Shown one piece after another: positions 56,325-64,000 of a stretch of 64,000 bases of DNA. The notes under the pieces are model-generated. The model was not told where the DNA came from. It searched no databases and worked only from the letters and a program-made list of their open reading frames with translations. The translations under genes and the position numbers were made by a program. The DNA is from a virus: positions 32,001-96,000 of IMG/VR virus record IMGVR_UViG_3300023208_000003. One strand, given 5' to 3'. Position 1 is the first letter of the stretch. The number at the start of each line of letters is the position of its first letter.

Positions 56325-57521
56325 CTATTCACGCCAATTTTGATTTCTTTTCAATTCTGACGTTGGACGTTGCCACGGTTCATGCTCTGGAACCAATGGA
56401 GGAGGTACTGCTTTATCAGGACATTCGGGTGAATCAGCAGCTGGACCATTTAGATCTATTGAGGAACCAGTAACAAAGACTCCACCTTCTCCAGTTAGAT
56501 GCATTTCAGCGCCAGAAGCTAAAAATCCACCATTACCTGTTAAATTCATTTTAGAACATGCTGTTGCCAAAACTGAACCACCGGAGCTCAAATTAAAGTT
56601 TCCACCTGATGTTACTCGCGTAACTCCGCCAGATATTAAATCAATAGTGCCACCAGCTTCAAGGTGGATGTTCTGTCCAGCGGTCATGTTAATATCTTTT
56701 CCTGCGTGCACAGAAATAGAAGCACCACCAAAAATGTGAATGTGCCCATCTTCATCAAGTTCAATCCAGGTGTTACCGAGGGCAGATGAAATGTAAATAC
56801 GCTCATTTGTATCGTCTAAAATGACTTGAGCGCCTGCAGTAGTTTTTAGTCGGATTCTACAGTGAGCGTTATCATCAGTCATTATTAACGAGTGGTGACC
56901 TGGAGTAACAAAGCAATACGTTTGCGGATCTTTTATTTTTTGAGGGTCAGCAGCGGAAGGTGTATAACCATCGGTTCCATCTTTAAGAGTTTGTGCTTGC
57001 GATGCTTGTAGCTCAAAACCACCTCGCGAAATACATTGAGGACTTTCTACTTGATTCTGAAATTGAGCTCGAAGATTTGTATAGGCCGGTTGAAGAGGTT
57101 CATAGATATCTGTCCATGGGCCCGGTTGCTTTTGATCATTTACATTACGACCAGCAGGAAGCGAGCGATTGCGATGCAAGTCAAAAAATGAGGCAAAATA
57201 AAAGCGGCGGGCGGGGTTGCCGTTGAGTAAAAATACAAGAACTTGAGCGCCAATTTTTGGAATTGCCCAAAAGCCATAAGATGCCCAGCCTTTATTTGGT
57301 GCTGCATCTCGTCCAGCTGGAAAATCATTTGTTACTCCAGCTAACGGTGAGGCATACTCTGCCCATGGCAAAGTATCAATACTGTAAGTTTCACCATCTA
57401 AAGCTGGACACCAAATCTTACAACGACCCATTTGTGACGGGTCGTCAGTTGCCATTACAAATCCTTCAATTATAAAAGGAAATTGAAATTTTGCATTATC
57501 TAAAATATGTTTTTTAGCCAT
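56325..57521 (-). CDS. Baseplate central spike (gp5/VgrG-like OB fold + beta-helix)
   Basis: DDPSQMGRCKI..LPWA..GFWAIPKIGAQVLVF OB-fold and C-terminal beta-helix repeats. No lysozyme domain seen. Confidence 0.85.
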   Translation of the reverse strand: MAKKHILDNAKFQFPFIIEGFVMATDDPSQMGRCKIWCPALDGETYSIDTLPWAEYASPLAGVTNDFPAGRDAAPNKGWASYGFWAIPKIGAQVLVFLLNGNPARRFYFASFFDLHRNRSLPAGRNVNDQKQPGPWTDIYEPLQPAYTNLRAQFQNQVESPQCISRGGFELQASQAQTLKDGTDGYTPSAADPQKIKDPQTYCFVTPGHHSLIMTDDNAHCRIRLKTTAGAQVILDDTNERIYISSALGNTWIELDEDGHIHIFGGASISVHAGKDINMTAGQNIHLEAGGTIDLISGGVTRVTSGGNFNLSSGGSVLATACSKMNLTGNGGFLASGAEMHLTGEGGVFVTGSSIDLNGPAADSPECPDKAVPPPLVPEHEPWQRPTSELKRNQNWRE

Positions 57522-59605
57522 TATTTTTGAGGAACTTTTTTATCGTCTGGACGAGCTTCTAAGTATTGACCGTAAAGGTCAAATGATTTTAAAAAAAGAT
57601 CTTGTGTAAAATGCCCATCAGAGGTAAAATGATTTTCTACTTCAGTTACCCAGTACCAGCCATTGTAAAAAAATTGTTCTGAAAAAAGCTTTTGATCAGC
57701 AATTGAATAAAGATAATCAGCAGGTTGAAAAATGTTAATCTTTACAAAAAGAGGCTCTGAAATTGCTGAGCTGCCGCCTTTGTGCTTTCCTTTATCACTT
57801 GCTTCATCAACAGTTGAAATAGCTTTTTTCGCCATTTCATCGACCCACTTACGATGCTGAGTTTTTGAAGCTTGAACTGAGGTTTGAACAGTAGAGTCAC
57901 TGAAATTCGTAATTTTTGTATAGTCTGCCAAATTTTCACGCACTTTAGTGTGCGCTGGAACAGCAGGAAGAACTGTCATACCTAGTAACTCTGGATTTCC
58001 TCTAATCTTAACCTTAGCGTTTACCATTGAGATAGCGTGAATCATACACAGCGCGGCGTGAAACTCTTGAGAATTTCTAAATCGCTGTTCAGAACCAGGT
58101 AATCCTTTATTAACTGCGGTAGAATTATTTTGCTGTTCTTCTTTTGAACGAGAAACTGGAATCATTGGCTGTCGTTTACGCGCGTAAGCTAACGTATTTT
58201 TTGGCGCAACCTTTTGTTTATCTTCTTGCTCTATTTGACCATTTTTAAATACTGTGGTTGCAGCAAGCTCTCCAATTTTGCTATTATCTTGAAGAGCAAA
58301 CATATAATCGTTCAACTTAATATCCATGTGAATGATGTCACTGTTTTTTCCAGAAAAAATATAATCATACACGTAATAATTTGAAGGGGTTTCATTTGCC
58401 TTCGGCATATTATTTTGTGTGTCTTCTTTCTTTTTACGCGCTTCTTGAAATCGTTGAACATCTGGTAAATTGTATTCTACTACATCACAGTGTACTAAAA
58501 TCGTATCATCATCAGATGTTACACTTGATACTGTTTTAAAAATCTTTGCTGTTCCTTTTGTTTTATTTTCAAGCGACGCCATAGCGTTTACTTCAGGGGT
58601 CGCTCTTAGCAAAGAATAAATTGCATCAAAAATATTCATGTTAACAGCTGAATTAAAATATTGACCATTAAGCTGTTCAACTTTTCCAGGTTCACCGGAT
58701 TCTCCTGTAGTGGCTGGAGTACCAGCATAAAGATTTTTAAAGTTTATTTCAGGCGAATTTTCAGGTGTTGTGTCAATCTTAAATGATTCCCAACTTTTTG
58801 GAATTGTTATCATGTATTGAACCAAGCGACCGTTTTGAAGATCCTTTGACTTCTTTACGTCATCTGAGTTATAAGCCTTTAAATCAGCATTAAAATTATT
58901 AAAATAATCTAACGAAATACGATTAAGATTATTTTCAAGCGATTGGATTGCTGCTCCAAGCGTGCTGTCTTTTGAAAAAATTGTTTTATCAGTATTAAAC
59001 TTTGCAAATGTTTCTACAGCGTCAAGTGACCCAATTGAGATTGGTAAAAATTCAATCTCATGATCTGAACCACGTTCAGTAACAGTCATGTCTCCTTTAA
59101 CAAAGATCATTGGAATATCAGTTACTTCAATTAACTCAGTTGTATTTTGGTCAGTATGACCTATAAACATAGTATGAAGCAAAAACATCATTCCTGTAAC
59201 ATCAGTTTTAAGTTTTTCATCAACTAAATATTGAAGATAATTTAAAAAGCCAACGCCTGAAACATCAGTTACTTCCATTTTAAGCTTACTACTATAAACG
59301 TGAGTATCACTTGGGCCAGACCCCGCCCCAAATAAAACGTTGTATGAAACACCTTTAATTGAAAAGTCAGAAGTTCGTCTAGTATCTATAATAAGATAAA
59401 CGTCACCACCTTCTTTAGAAGGCGATATATTTGATCCAATTCTTGCATTTTCAAGTTTTTCTAAAAAACTTTTTTCTGGTTTGCCTTTTTCTTTTTCTCC
59501 TTGTCCTAAAAACTTACGAAGAGATTCTGATGAATTACTTACCAACAAAATATGGTGAAAAGCGTATGAACGATACTTATCAAGAGGATTTAAAGGTAAA
59601 CCCAT
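57521..59605 (-). CDS. Baseplate hub protein (gp27-like)
   Basis: Immediately upstream of the spike. C-terminal KIRGNP...Y.VTEVENHF..GHFTQ.L hub-type motif. Confidence 0.6.
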   Translation of the reverse strand: MGLPLNPLDKYRSYAFHHILLVSNSSESLRKFLGQGEKEKGKPEKSFLEKLENARIGSNISPSKEGGDVYLIIDTRRTSDFSIKGVSYNVLFGAGSGPSDTHVYSSKLKMEVTDVSGVGFLNYLQYLVDEKLKTDVTGMMFLLHTMFIGHTDQNTTELIEVTDIPMIFVKGDMTVTERGSDHEIEFLPISIGSLDAVETFAKFNTDKTIFSKDSTLGAAIQSLENNLNRISLDYFNNFNADLKAYNSDDVKKSKDLQNGRLVQYMITIPKSWESFKIDTTPENSPEINFKNLYAGTPATTGESGEPGKVEQLNGQYFNSAVNMNIFDAIYSLLRATPEVNAMASLENKTKGTAKIFKTVSSVTSDDDTILVHCDVVEYNLPDVQRFQEARKKKEDTQNNMPKANETPSNYYVYDYIFSGKNSDIIHMDIKLNDYMFALQDNSKIGELAATTVFKNGQIEQEDKQKVAPKNTLAYARKRQPMIPVSRSKEEQQNNSTAVNKGLPGSEQRFRNSQEFHAALCMIHAISMVNAKVKIRGNPELLGMTVLPAVPAHTKVRENLADYTKITNFSDSTVQTSVQASKTQHRKWVDEMAKKAISTVDEASDKGKHKGGSSAISEPLFVKINIFQPADYLYSIADQKLFSEQFFYNGWYWVTEVENHFTSDGHFTQDLFLKSFDLYGQYLEARPDDKKVPQK

Positions 59606-59980
59606 TTACACCACCACTGGCTCAAGAATTGTACCTTTTTCACGGGTTGAATTAAGCCCACCAATTTTTTCAGAAGTAAACATCATAACGCGATCAATTG
59701 CTGGAATTCGTAAAACTCTTCCAGGAGTAATTTCGTTAATAGGATCAAGAATAGCATTATACTGTGCTAGGAACCACCAAAGTCGAGGATTGTTATAAAA
59801 AGCGTTCGCTATTAAATCAAGTCGGCCTTCATAAAAATTTTCAACAGTATATTCTAAATCTGAAACGTCAAGATCAAGTTCTTTCGGTTGCCAAACTTCA
59901 AGACCAATTGAGCCAAATTCAGTCACTCCACCTTGAACATAACGAGAAATTTTTGATTTTATTGAATTAGTTTCTGTCAT
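59606..59980 (-). CDS. Baseplate wedge gp53/LysM-like protein
   Basis: EGRLDLIANAFYNNPRLWWFLAQYN...G.VLRIP motif. Confidence 0.8.
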   Translation of the reverse strand: MTETNSIKSKISRYVQGGVTEFGSIGLEVWQPKELDLDVSDLEYTVENFYEGRLDLIANAFYNNPRLWWFLAQYNAILDPINEITPGRVLRIPAIDRVMMFTSEKIGGLNSTREKGTILEPVVV

Positions 59981-61404
59981 GATGTTCTTCTTGAACCTGT
60001 ACGATTAATTTGAAATTGAGGGTCACTCCCAGTAGAGCGAGACCCATTACGAATGATGTCAAAAACTGGTGCATTTGGAGTATCAAGCGAGCGGCCGCCG
60101 TCACGTTGAATCGTAAATACTGGATTACTACTTTGTGAACTTATAGCTCCAGCCGCATTATCCTTAACAGCGCCTTCGGCAACCGAGGGAGAGGGTGGCC
60201 CCATTATTTCAGAAACTGGGCTTGCCACTTGTGGTGTGGTTCCAGCATCTACTGATGGAACCACAGCATCTGAGCCAGTTGCTCCAGATTGTCCTTGTAT
60301 AGCACCTTCTTGATCTGTTATAGGAGCATTTGAAAATGCTTTTGAAAGATTACCAATACGATAATCAGCTAGACTAAAATTTGAATACTCACGAGGTGAA
60401 TATGCTTCCAGTAAATCTAAACTGATGTTAATTAAGACAGGAAATGGATCGCCGGAAGTCGTAGGTATGTAATCATATTCCTGTGGCCACTCCCAGCTGT
60501 AGCTAGTTAGAACTACTGGCAATGGACCAATGTTTCTATCACCGTACGCTTCTAAGATCAAAATATCCGGTGGGGCGCCTAGTTTTGATTTTAACTGCGT
60601 GTCCTTTCCAGTGCCATAACCGTAGTACGGCATAACCCAGGAACGAATTACTTGAATTATTTCTTGATTCTTAGTTGCCTCGCCAGTTGTTCGTGAAATA
60701 AGCTTCGCCTGCATTGACCAGTCGCGAGCGCGAGTTGTACGCCATTTTTGAATTTGTCCTGGATGATGAATAATATCAACACCAGCATAATCGGCCGAAC
60801 GCTTTTCGGTTATCGTTGGAGTAACGTTAAACATTACAACTTGATTGCTAATAGTGGAAGTCAATTTAACAAAAAAATCAGAACCATATTTTGACTTTTG
60901 CGTGTCGGCAGCTGATGGCATACACATTAAGTTTGATTCCATAGCGCCAATTTGACCAGGAACACCACCCATTACGGCGCCCGAAATGTCCTTAACACTG
61001 CTTATTCCGCTGTTTAAGAGGCCTGCTGCTGCTTTGCCTGCCATCTGTGATACTTGAGCAGTCATATTTGGCATCAATTGAGTTCCAATTAATGAGGAGA
61101 ACTGTCCAAGATTTCTACCAAGCGAACCAGTAAGGGCGCCAGTAGCATTTGAAATCAACGTTCCAGCACTTGCAGTGGAATAATTGACTAAGTTGTTAGC
61201 TATTGAAGTCGCTCCAGTTGCAAGTCCTGAAATACTTGGCAATGAAAATCCAGGAGTGTCAGTTGCTGGATTTACTTGCCCAGCAGCATTCGTATTTGCG
61301 CCAGGCAAGCCGCTTGCCGGTGTAGCTTGTCCTACTGTTCGCGTTGTTTCTCCATCCTTTATATCATATTGAGTTGGTGTGCGAATTATAACAAAATCAT
61401 TCAC
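59977..61404 (-). CDS. Tail tube initiator/baseplate protein (gp48/gp54-like) with low-complexity flanks
   Basis: FNVTPTITE.RSA.Y...PPDIL.L..YG..PVVLTSYSWEWP..P.LINISL.L.E tube-fold pattern. Confidence 0.65.
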   Translation of the reverse strand: MNDFVIIRTPTQYDIKDGETTRTVGQATPASGLPGANTNAAGQVNPATDTPGFSLPSISGLATGATSIANNLVNYSTASAGTLISNATGALTGSLGRNLGQFSSLIGTQLMPNMTAQVSQMAGKAAAGLLNSGISSVKDISGAVMGGVPGQIGAMESNLMCMPSAADTQKSKYGSDFFVKLTSTISNQVVMFNVTPTITEKRSADYAGVDIIHHPGQIQKWRTTRARDWSMQAKLISRTTGEATKNQEIIQVIRSWVMPYYGYGTGKDTQLKSKLGAPPDILILEAYGDRNIGPLPVVLTSYSWEWPQEYDYIPTTSGDPFPVLINISLDLLEAYSPREYSNFSLADYRIGNLSKAFSNAPITDQEGAIQGQSGATGSDAVVPSVDAGTTPQVASPVSEIMGPPSPSVAEGAVKDNAAGAISSQSSNPVFTIQRDGGRSLDTPNAPVFDIIRNGSRSTGSDPQFQINRTGSRRTS

Positions 61405-62173
61405 TTACGTTCTCCATTAATTTCCAGAGACGATTAGCAAGAGGCGCATTTTTTGAAAGTCCAGTCAATAAAGCAAAAACTTCTTTTTCACTTTTGTGGA
61501 CGGCGCGGCGAACAAGAGTTCCACTAACTTTAGTTATATCATCCGTTGATAATCTAAAATGCTTATCTTCTTTAAGTTTTTCTGAAAGTTCATCAATGTA
61601 AGTATCAAGTACTTCATCAGGAGCATCAATAAATAAGCTATTACGTGGTGGTAATTCAATTTTAAAATGCTTAATTTTTTCACCATTAGGTTTTGTAAAT
61701 TTTGAATCTAGCAATTCCTTATAACTATCGACTCTATCAGAACCTGCAGCGACTGCAATAGGTTCATAACCTGTTGGGGTCATTCCTTCCTCATACGATG
61801 TTCCAGGTGGAAGATAGCGGCGAACTTTTACAAAAGCGTCAAACGCGCTTTTTACAACAATAAAAGAATCTTTTGGAATAACGCCGGTATGACCTGAATT
61901 TTGCATAATGTATACTCGTTCTTTTCCAGGAATTGGATTACGATCAGTATCGTGAGAGCTTTTTTCACCTTCAACAACTGCCACAAAAAGTCGGGTTATG
62001 TTTAAGTCATTGTGTTCTTTAATAAACTTTACCATTTTGCCAATTAACGTATAGTGCGCGATTGTTGGTGGCTGCATACGTCCTATCATTATTACACAAT
62101 TTTGTGAAAGTTCTGGATATTTAGTTTTGTTTTCTATTAAAACTAATTCAGCTTCATTATAATCAAAAAGCAT
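61397..62173 (-). CDS. HIGH-superfamily nucleotidyl(cytidylyl/adenylyl)transferase
   Basis: GRMQPPTIAH, AGSDRV..Y and SGTLVR motifs. AGGAG RBS lies inside the upstream HEG. Confidence 0.8.
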   Translation of the reverse strand: MLFDYNEAELVLIENKTKYPELSQNCVIMIGRMQPPTIAHYTLIGKMVKFIKEHNDLNITRLFVAVVEGEKSSHDTDRNPIPGKERVYIMQNSGHTGVIPKDSFIVVKSAFDAFVKVRRYLPPGTSYEEGMTPTGYEPIAVAAGSDRVDSYKELLDSKFTKPNGEKIKHFKIELPPRNSLFIDAPDEVLDTYIDELSEKLKEDKHFRLSTDDITKVSGTLVRRAVHKSEKEVFALLTGLSKNAPLANRLWKLMENVSE

Positions 62174-63044
62174 TTTCTATTCTCCTAATTAAAAAACCAT
62201 TTAATGGAAAATCATTTCCTCTTTTTAATTGGATAGGAATTTCATTTTTTATAAATTTAGAAATATTTCTAAAAGGAATGTTTGATTCAATGAAAAATTT
62301 TTTAAGATTTTTTATAATTTGCTTATTACCGTTTAAATCGACAATTTCAAAAAATCTTGAATTATTCTCTAATCCCTTGCGTGATTCTTTCCACAACATA
62401 CGAGTTTCCAAATTGTGTTTTTTTCCATAAAATCCATTTTTTTTACCAAGCACTGCATTTGACATATTCTTAGAATATTTTTCAGTTTTCATATAATCTC
62501 TATTTTTTGGTCCTTTACCAAAACTTTTTTTAAGTCTTTCTTCACGTTTTTTATCTGAAAGCAGATTCCATTGATTTTTAGATGCTATACCAACATTACG
62601 TTTCCATTTTTCTTTTTGTTCATATGTCATACTTTCAACAGTATTTCCGCCAGCAGCGTATTTTTTAAGATTATAATATTTTTTTCCCAATTCTTCATTT
62701 TTAATTTTAGAAAGCCATTTTTGTTCTATTGTCAAGGTTTGTTTTTTACAATTTTCAAAATTAAATTCTAATACATTAAATCTAAATGTTTCAGGTCTTT
62801 TTAAAATAGCTCGTTTACAATTAATAGAAGAAGTTAAATATCCATCAGAAAGCTTTCCATGATGTGAGCCGATGCAAAATTTATTTCTGATTGTATCAAA
62901 CCAAATATAAACGTATCCAAAATATGGAACATTCGGCGGCTGAAAGCGCCCGACAGCAACTGCAGCATATTGTTTAAGCTCAGGAAATTTTTTATCTTCT
63001 AAAAGAGTAAGAGCGAGATATTCGTCGTAATCGTTATAAAGCAT
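62163..63044 (-). mobile_element. Free-standing GIY-YIG (Seg-like) homing endonuclease fused to a 37-aa nucleotidyltransferase N-terminus
   Basis: GYVYIW...KFCIGSH, FRFNVLE, EQKW, YYNL and NUMOD3-like GKKNGFYGKKH. Very AT-rich. First 37 aa end in GRFQPP. Confidence 0.85.
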
Positions 63045-63078
63045 TAGGTAGGCCTGTTAAATAATTAATTGCTTTTCA

Positions 63079-63086
63079 TATTTATA
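63079..63086 (-). promoter_or_regulatory. Late promoter TATAAATA
   Basis: Exact match on -, 35 nt upstream of ATG 63044. Confidence 0.75.
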
Positions 63087-63099
63087 CCCAACAGAACTA

Positions 63100-63128
63100 T
63101 GTACAAAATCAAAAATTTTGTGTATAAT
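63100..63128 (+). promoter_or_regulatory. sigma70-like promoter (TGTACA-N17-TATAAT, extended TG)
   Basis: Upstream of the gp55-like gene. Consensus -10. Confidence 0.7.
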
Positions 63129-63166
63129 GTAGTTATGGGTAAGGAATAAACTCGAAAAACTACAAT

Positions 63167-63652
63167 ATGGAGAAACGTTTAATGTCTGAAACTACTATTG
63201 AAAAACCTAAAAAATTAAAAAGAGAAAGATCAACCACCACCAAAGGTCATTATGTAACAAACGCAAAGCTACTTCCAGCAATTGAAAAATCAAGAGCTGA
63301 AGGGCGAATTACCCATGAGCTAGCGGTAATGCTTAAGCAAATAGCTGAGCGCTATTCACTAAAAAGCTGGTTCATTGGTTATTCATATCGTGAAGATATG
63401 ATTGCGTACGCGCTGTTAAATTTATGCGCTAATGCGTTAAAATTTGACCCATCAAAAGGCTCAAATCCTTTTGCTTATTATACAACCTGCGTTCACAATT
63501 CTTTTCAACAATTTAAAATTGACGAAAAGAAACATCGTGATATAAGAGATAAGCTTATGATTGATGCTGGAGCTAACCCAAGTTATGGGTATTCTGAGCG
63601 CGAACATGAGCATTTTAAAAATGAACATCAAGACTTTTTTGAAAATTATTAA
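63167..63652 (+). CDS. gp55: T4 gp55-like late sigma factor
   Basis: HYVTNAKL, IAERYS..F.GYSYREDMI and FDPSKGSNPFAYYT...NSF...EKK motifs. Confidence 0.9.
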   Translation: MEKRLMSETTIEKPKKLKRERSTTTKGHYVTNAKLLPAIEKSRAEGRITHELAVMLKQIAERYSLKSWFIGYSYREDMIAYALLNLCANALKFDPSKGSNPFAYYTTCVHNSFQQFKIDEKKHRDIRDKLMIDAGANPSYGYSEREHEHFKNEHQDFFENY

Positions 63653-64000
63653 TGAGCTTAGAAATTCAAGAACTTTCAATGGGAGACTACCCCATTAAAA
63701 GAATTTTGATGTTTACTGACATCCACTTTGGAGCCAGAAACAACGGAATTCAACATAATCAAGATTGTCTAAATTATCTCGACTGGTTTACATACTTAGT
63801 CAAGAAAGAAAAAGCAGATGCAGTCGCCTTTATGGGCGACTGGCATGAGAATAGAAATTCAATAAATGTGCTCACACACAAATATTCAATACAGGGTTTA
63901 CGAAAACTCGAGGAACTTAATATTCCTATTTTCTTCATCATAGGAAATCATGACCTTTATCACCGACATACGCGTGATGTTCACTCACTTGAAATTTTTA
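63652..64000 (+). CDS. gp47: gp47/SbcD/Mre11-like recombination nuclease (3'-truncated; not in ORF track)
   Basis: TAATG-coupled to gp55. Reads MSLEIQ...FTDIHFG...FMGDWHE...IIGNHD (metallophosphoesterase motifs). Confidence 0.9.
   Translation, partial: MSLEIQELSMGDYPIKRILMFTDIHFGARNNGIQHNQDCLNYLDWFTYLVKKEKADAVAFMGDWHENRNSINVLTHKYSIQGLRKLEELNIPIFFIIGNHDLYHRHTRDVHSLEIF

Noticed and set aside
62075-62942. Group I intron interrupting the nucleotidyltransferase
   Set aside because: A formal U|...G| boundary can be drawn (after CGC TTT, before CAG CCA). However, the interval is entirely coding (HEG plus a homologous replacement N-terminus with its own RBS), and I see no room or sequence for a catalytic core.
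1-64000. Alternative genetic code (stop-codon reassignment)
   Set aside because: Standard-code ORFs tile the window densely, including 6-8.5-kb genes, and TAA/TGA end the genes at sensible positions.
1-64000. tRNA or rRNA genes
   Set aside because: No cloverleaf or T-loop (GTTCRA) signatures were recognised in the short intergenic regions.

Overview
This window is a 64-kb segment of an AT-rich, T4-superfamily-like jumbo myophage genome. The host is probably Gram-negative, since the window has an i-/o-spanin pair and sigma70-type promoters. A Lu11/PaBG/RSL1/Yoloswag-like lineage is an unverified impression from gene order and protein sizes. The plus-strand half (1-23.7 kb) carries an RNase H/FEN nuclease, tail fibres, an SLT lysozyme, primase and helicase, a ligase-fold late protein, an acidic protein, a PD-(D/E)XK nuclease, a RimK-protease fusion, a 2112-aa fibre, a 2OG-oxygenase-like protein and a mini-UDG. 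The minus-strand half (23.7-63 kb) carries a lysis module, an array of paralogous proteins, fibres, giant baseplate proteins, gp6/gp25/gp5/gp53-like genes, a nucleotidyltransferase and a GIY-YIG endonuclease. The window ends with gp55-like and gp47-like genes on the plus strand. Four observations stand out. (1) Eight paralogues share a T4 capsid-targeting-like N-terminus and a conserved C-terminal 'DLLxxKxELIExGxxxYAKL' tag around hypervariable cores, suggesting a packaged or injected effector arsenal. (2) A homing endonuclease is fused to the old 5' end of a nucleotidyltransferase gene and supplies a replacement 5' end. (3) A RimK glutamyl-ligase is fused to a RimB-like protease and ends in EEE. 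(4) A late-expressed protein has nucleotidyltransferase (ligase) motifs. No tRNA, CRISPR array or reverse transcriptase was seen. All calls are by eye, without database searches.
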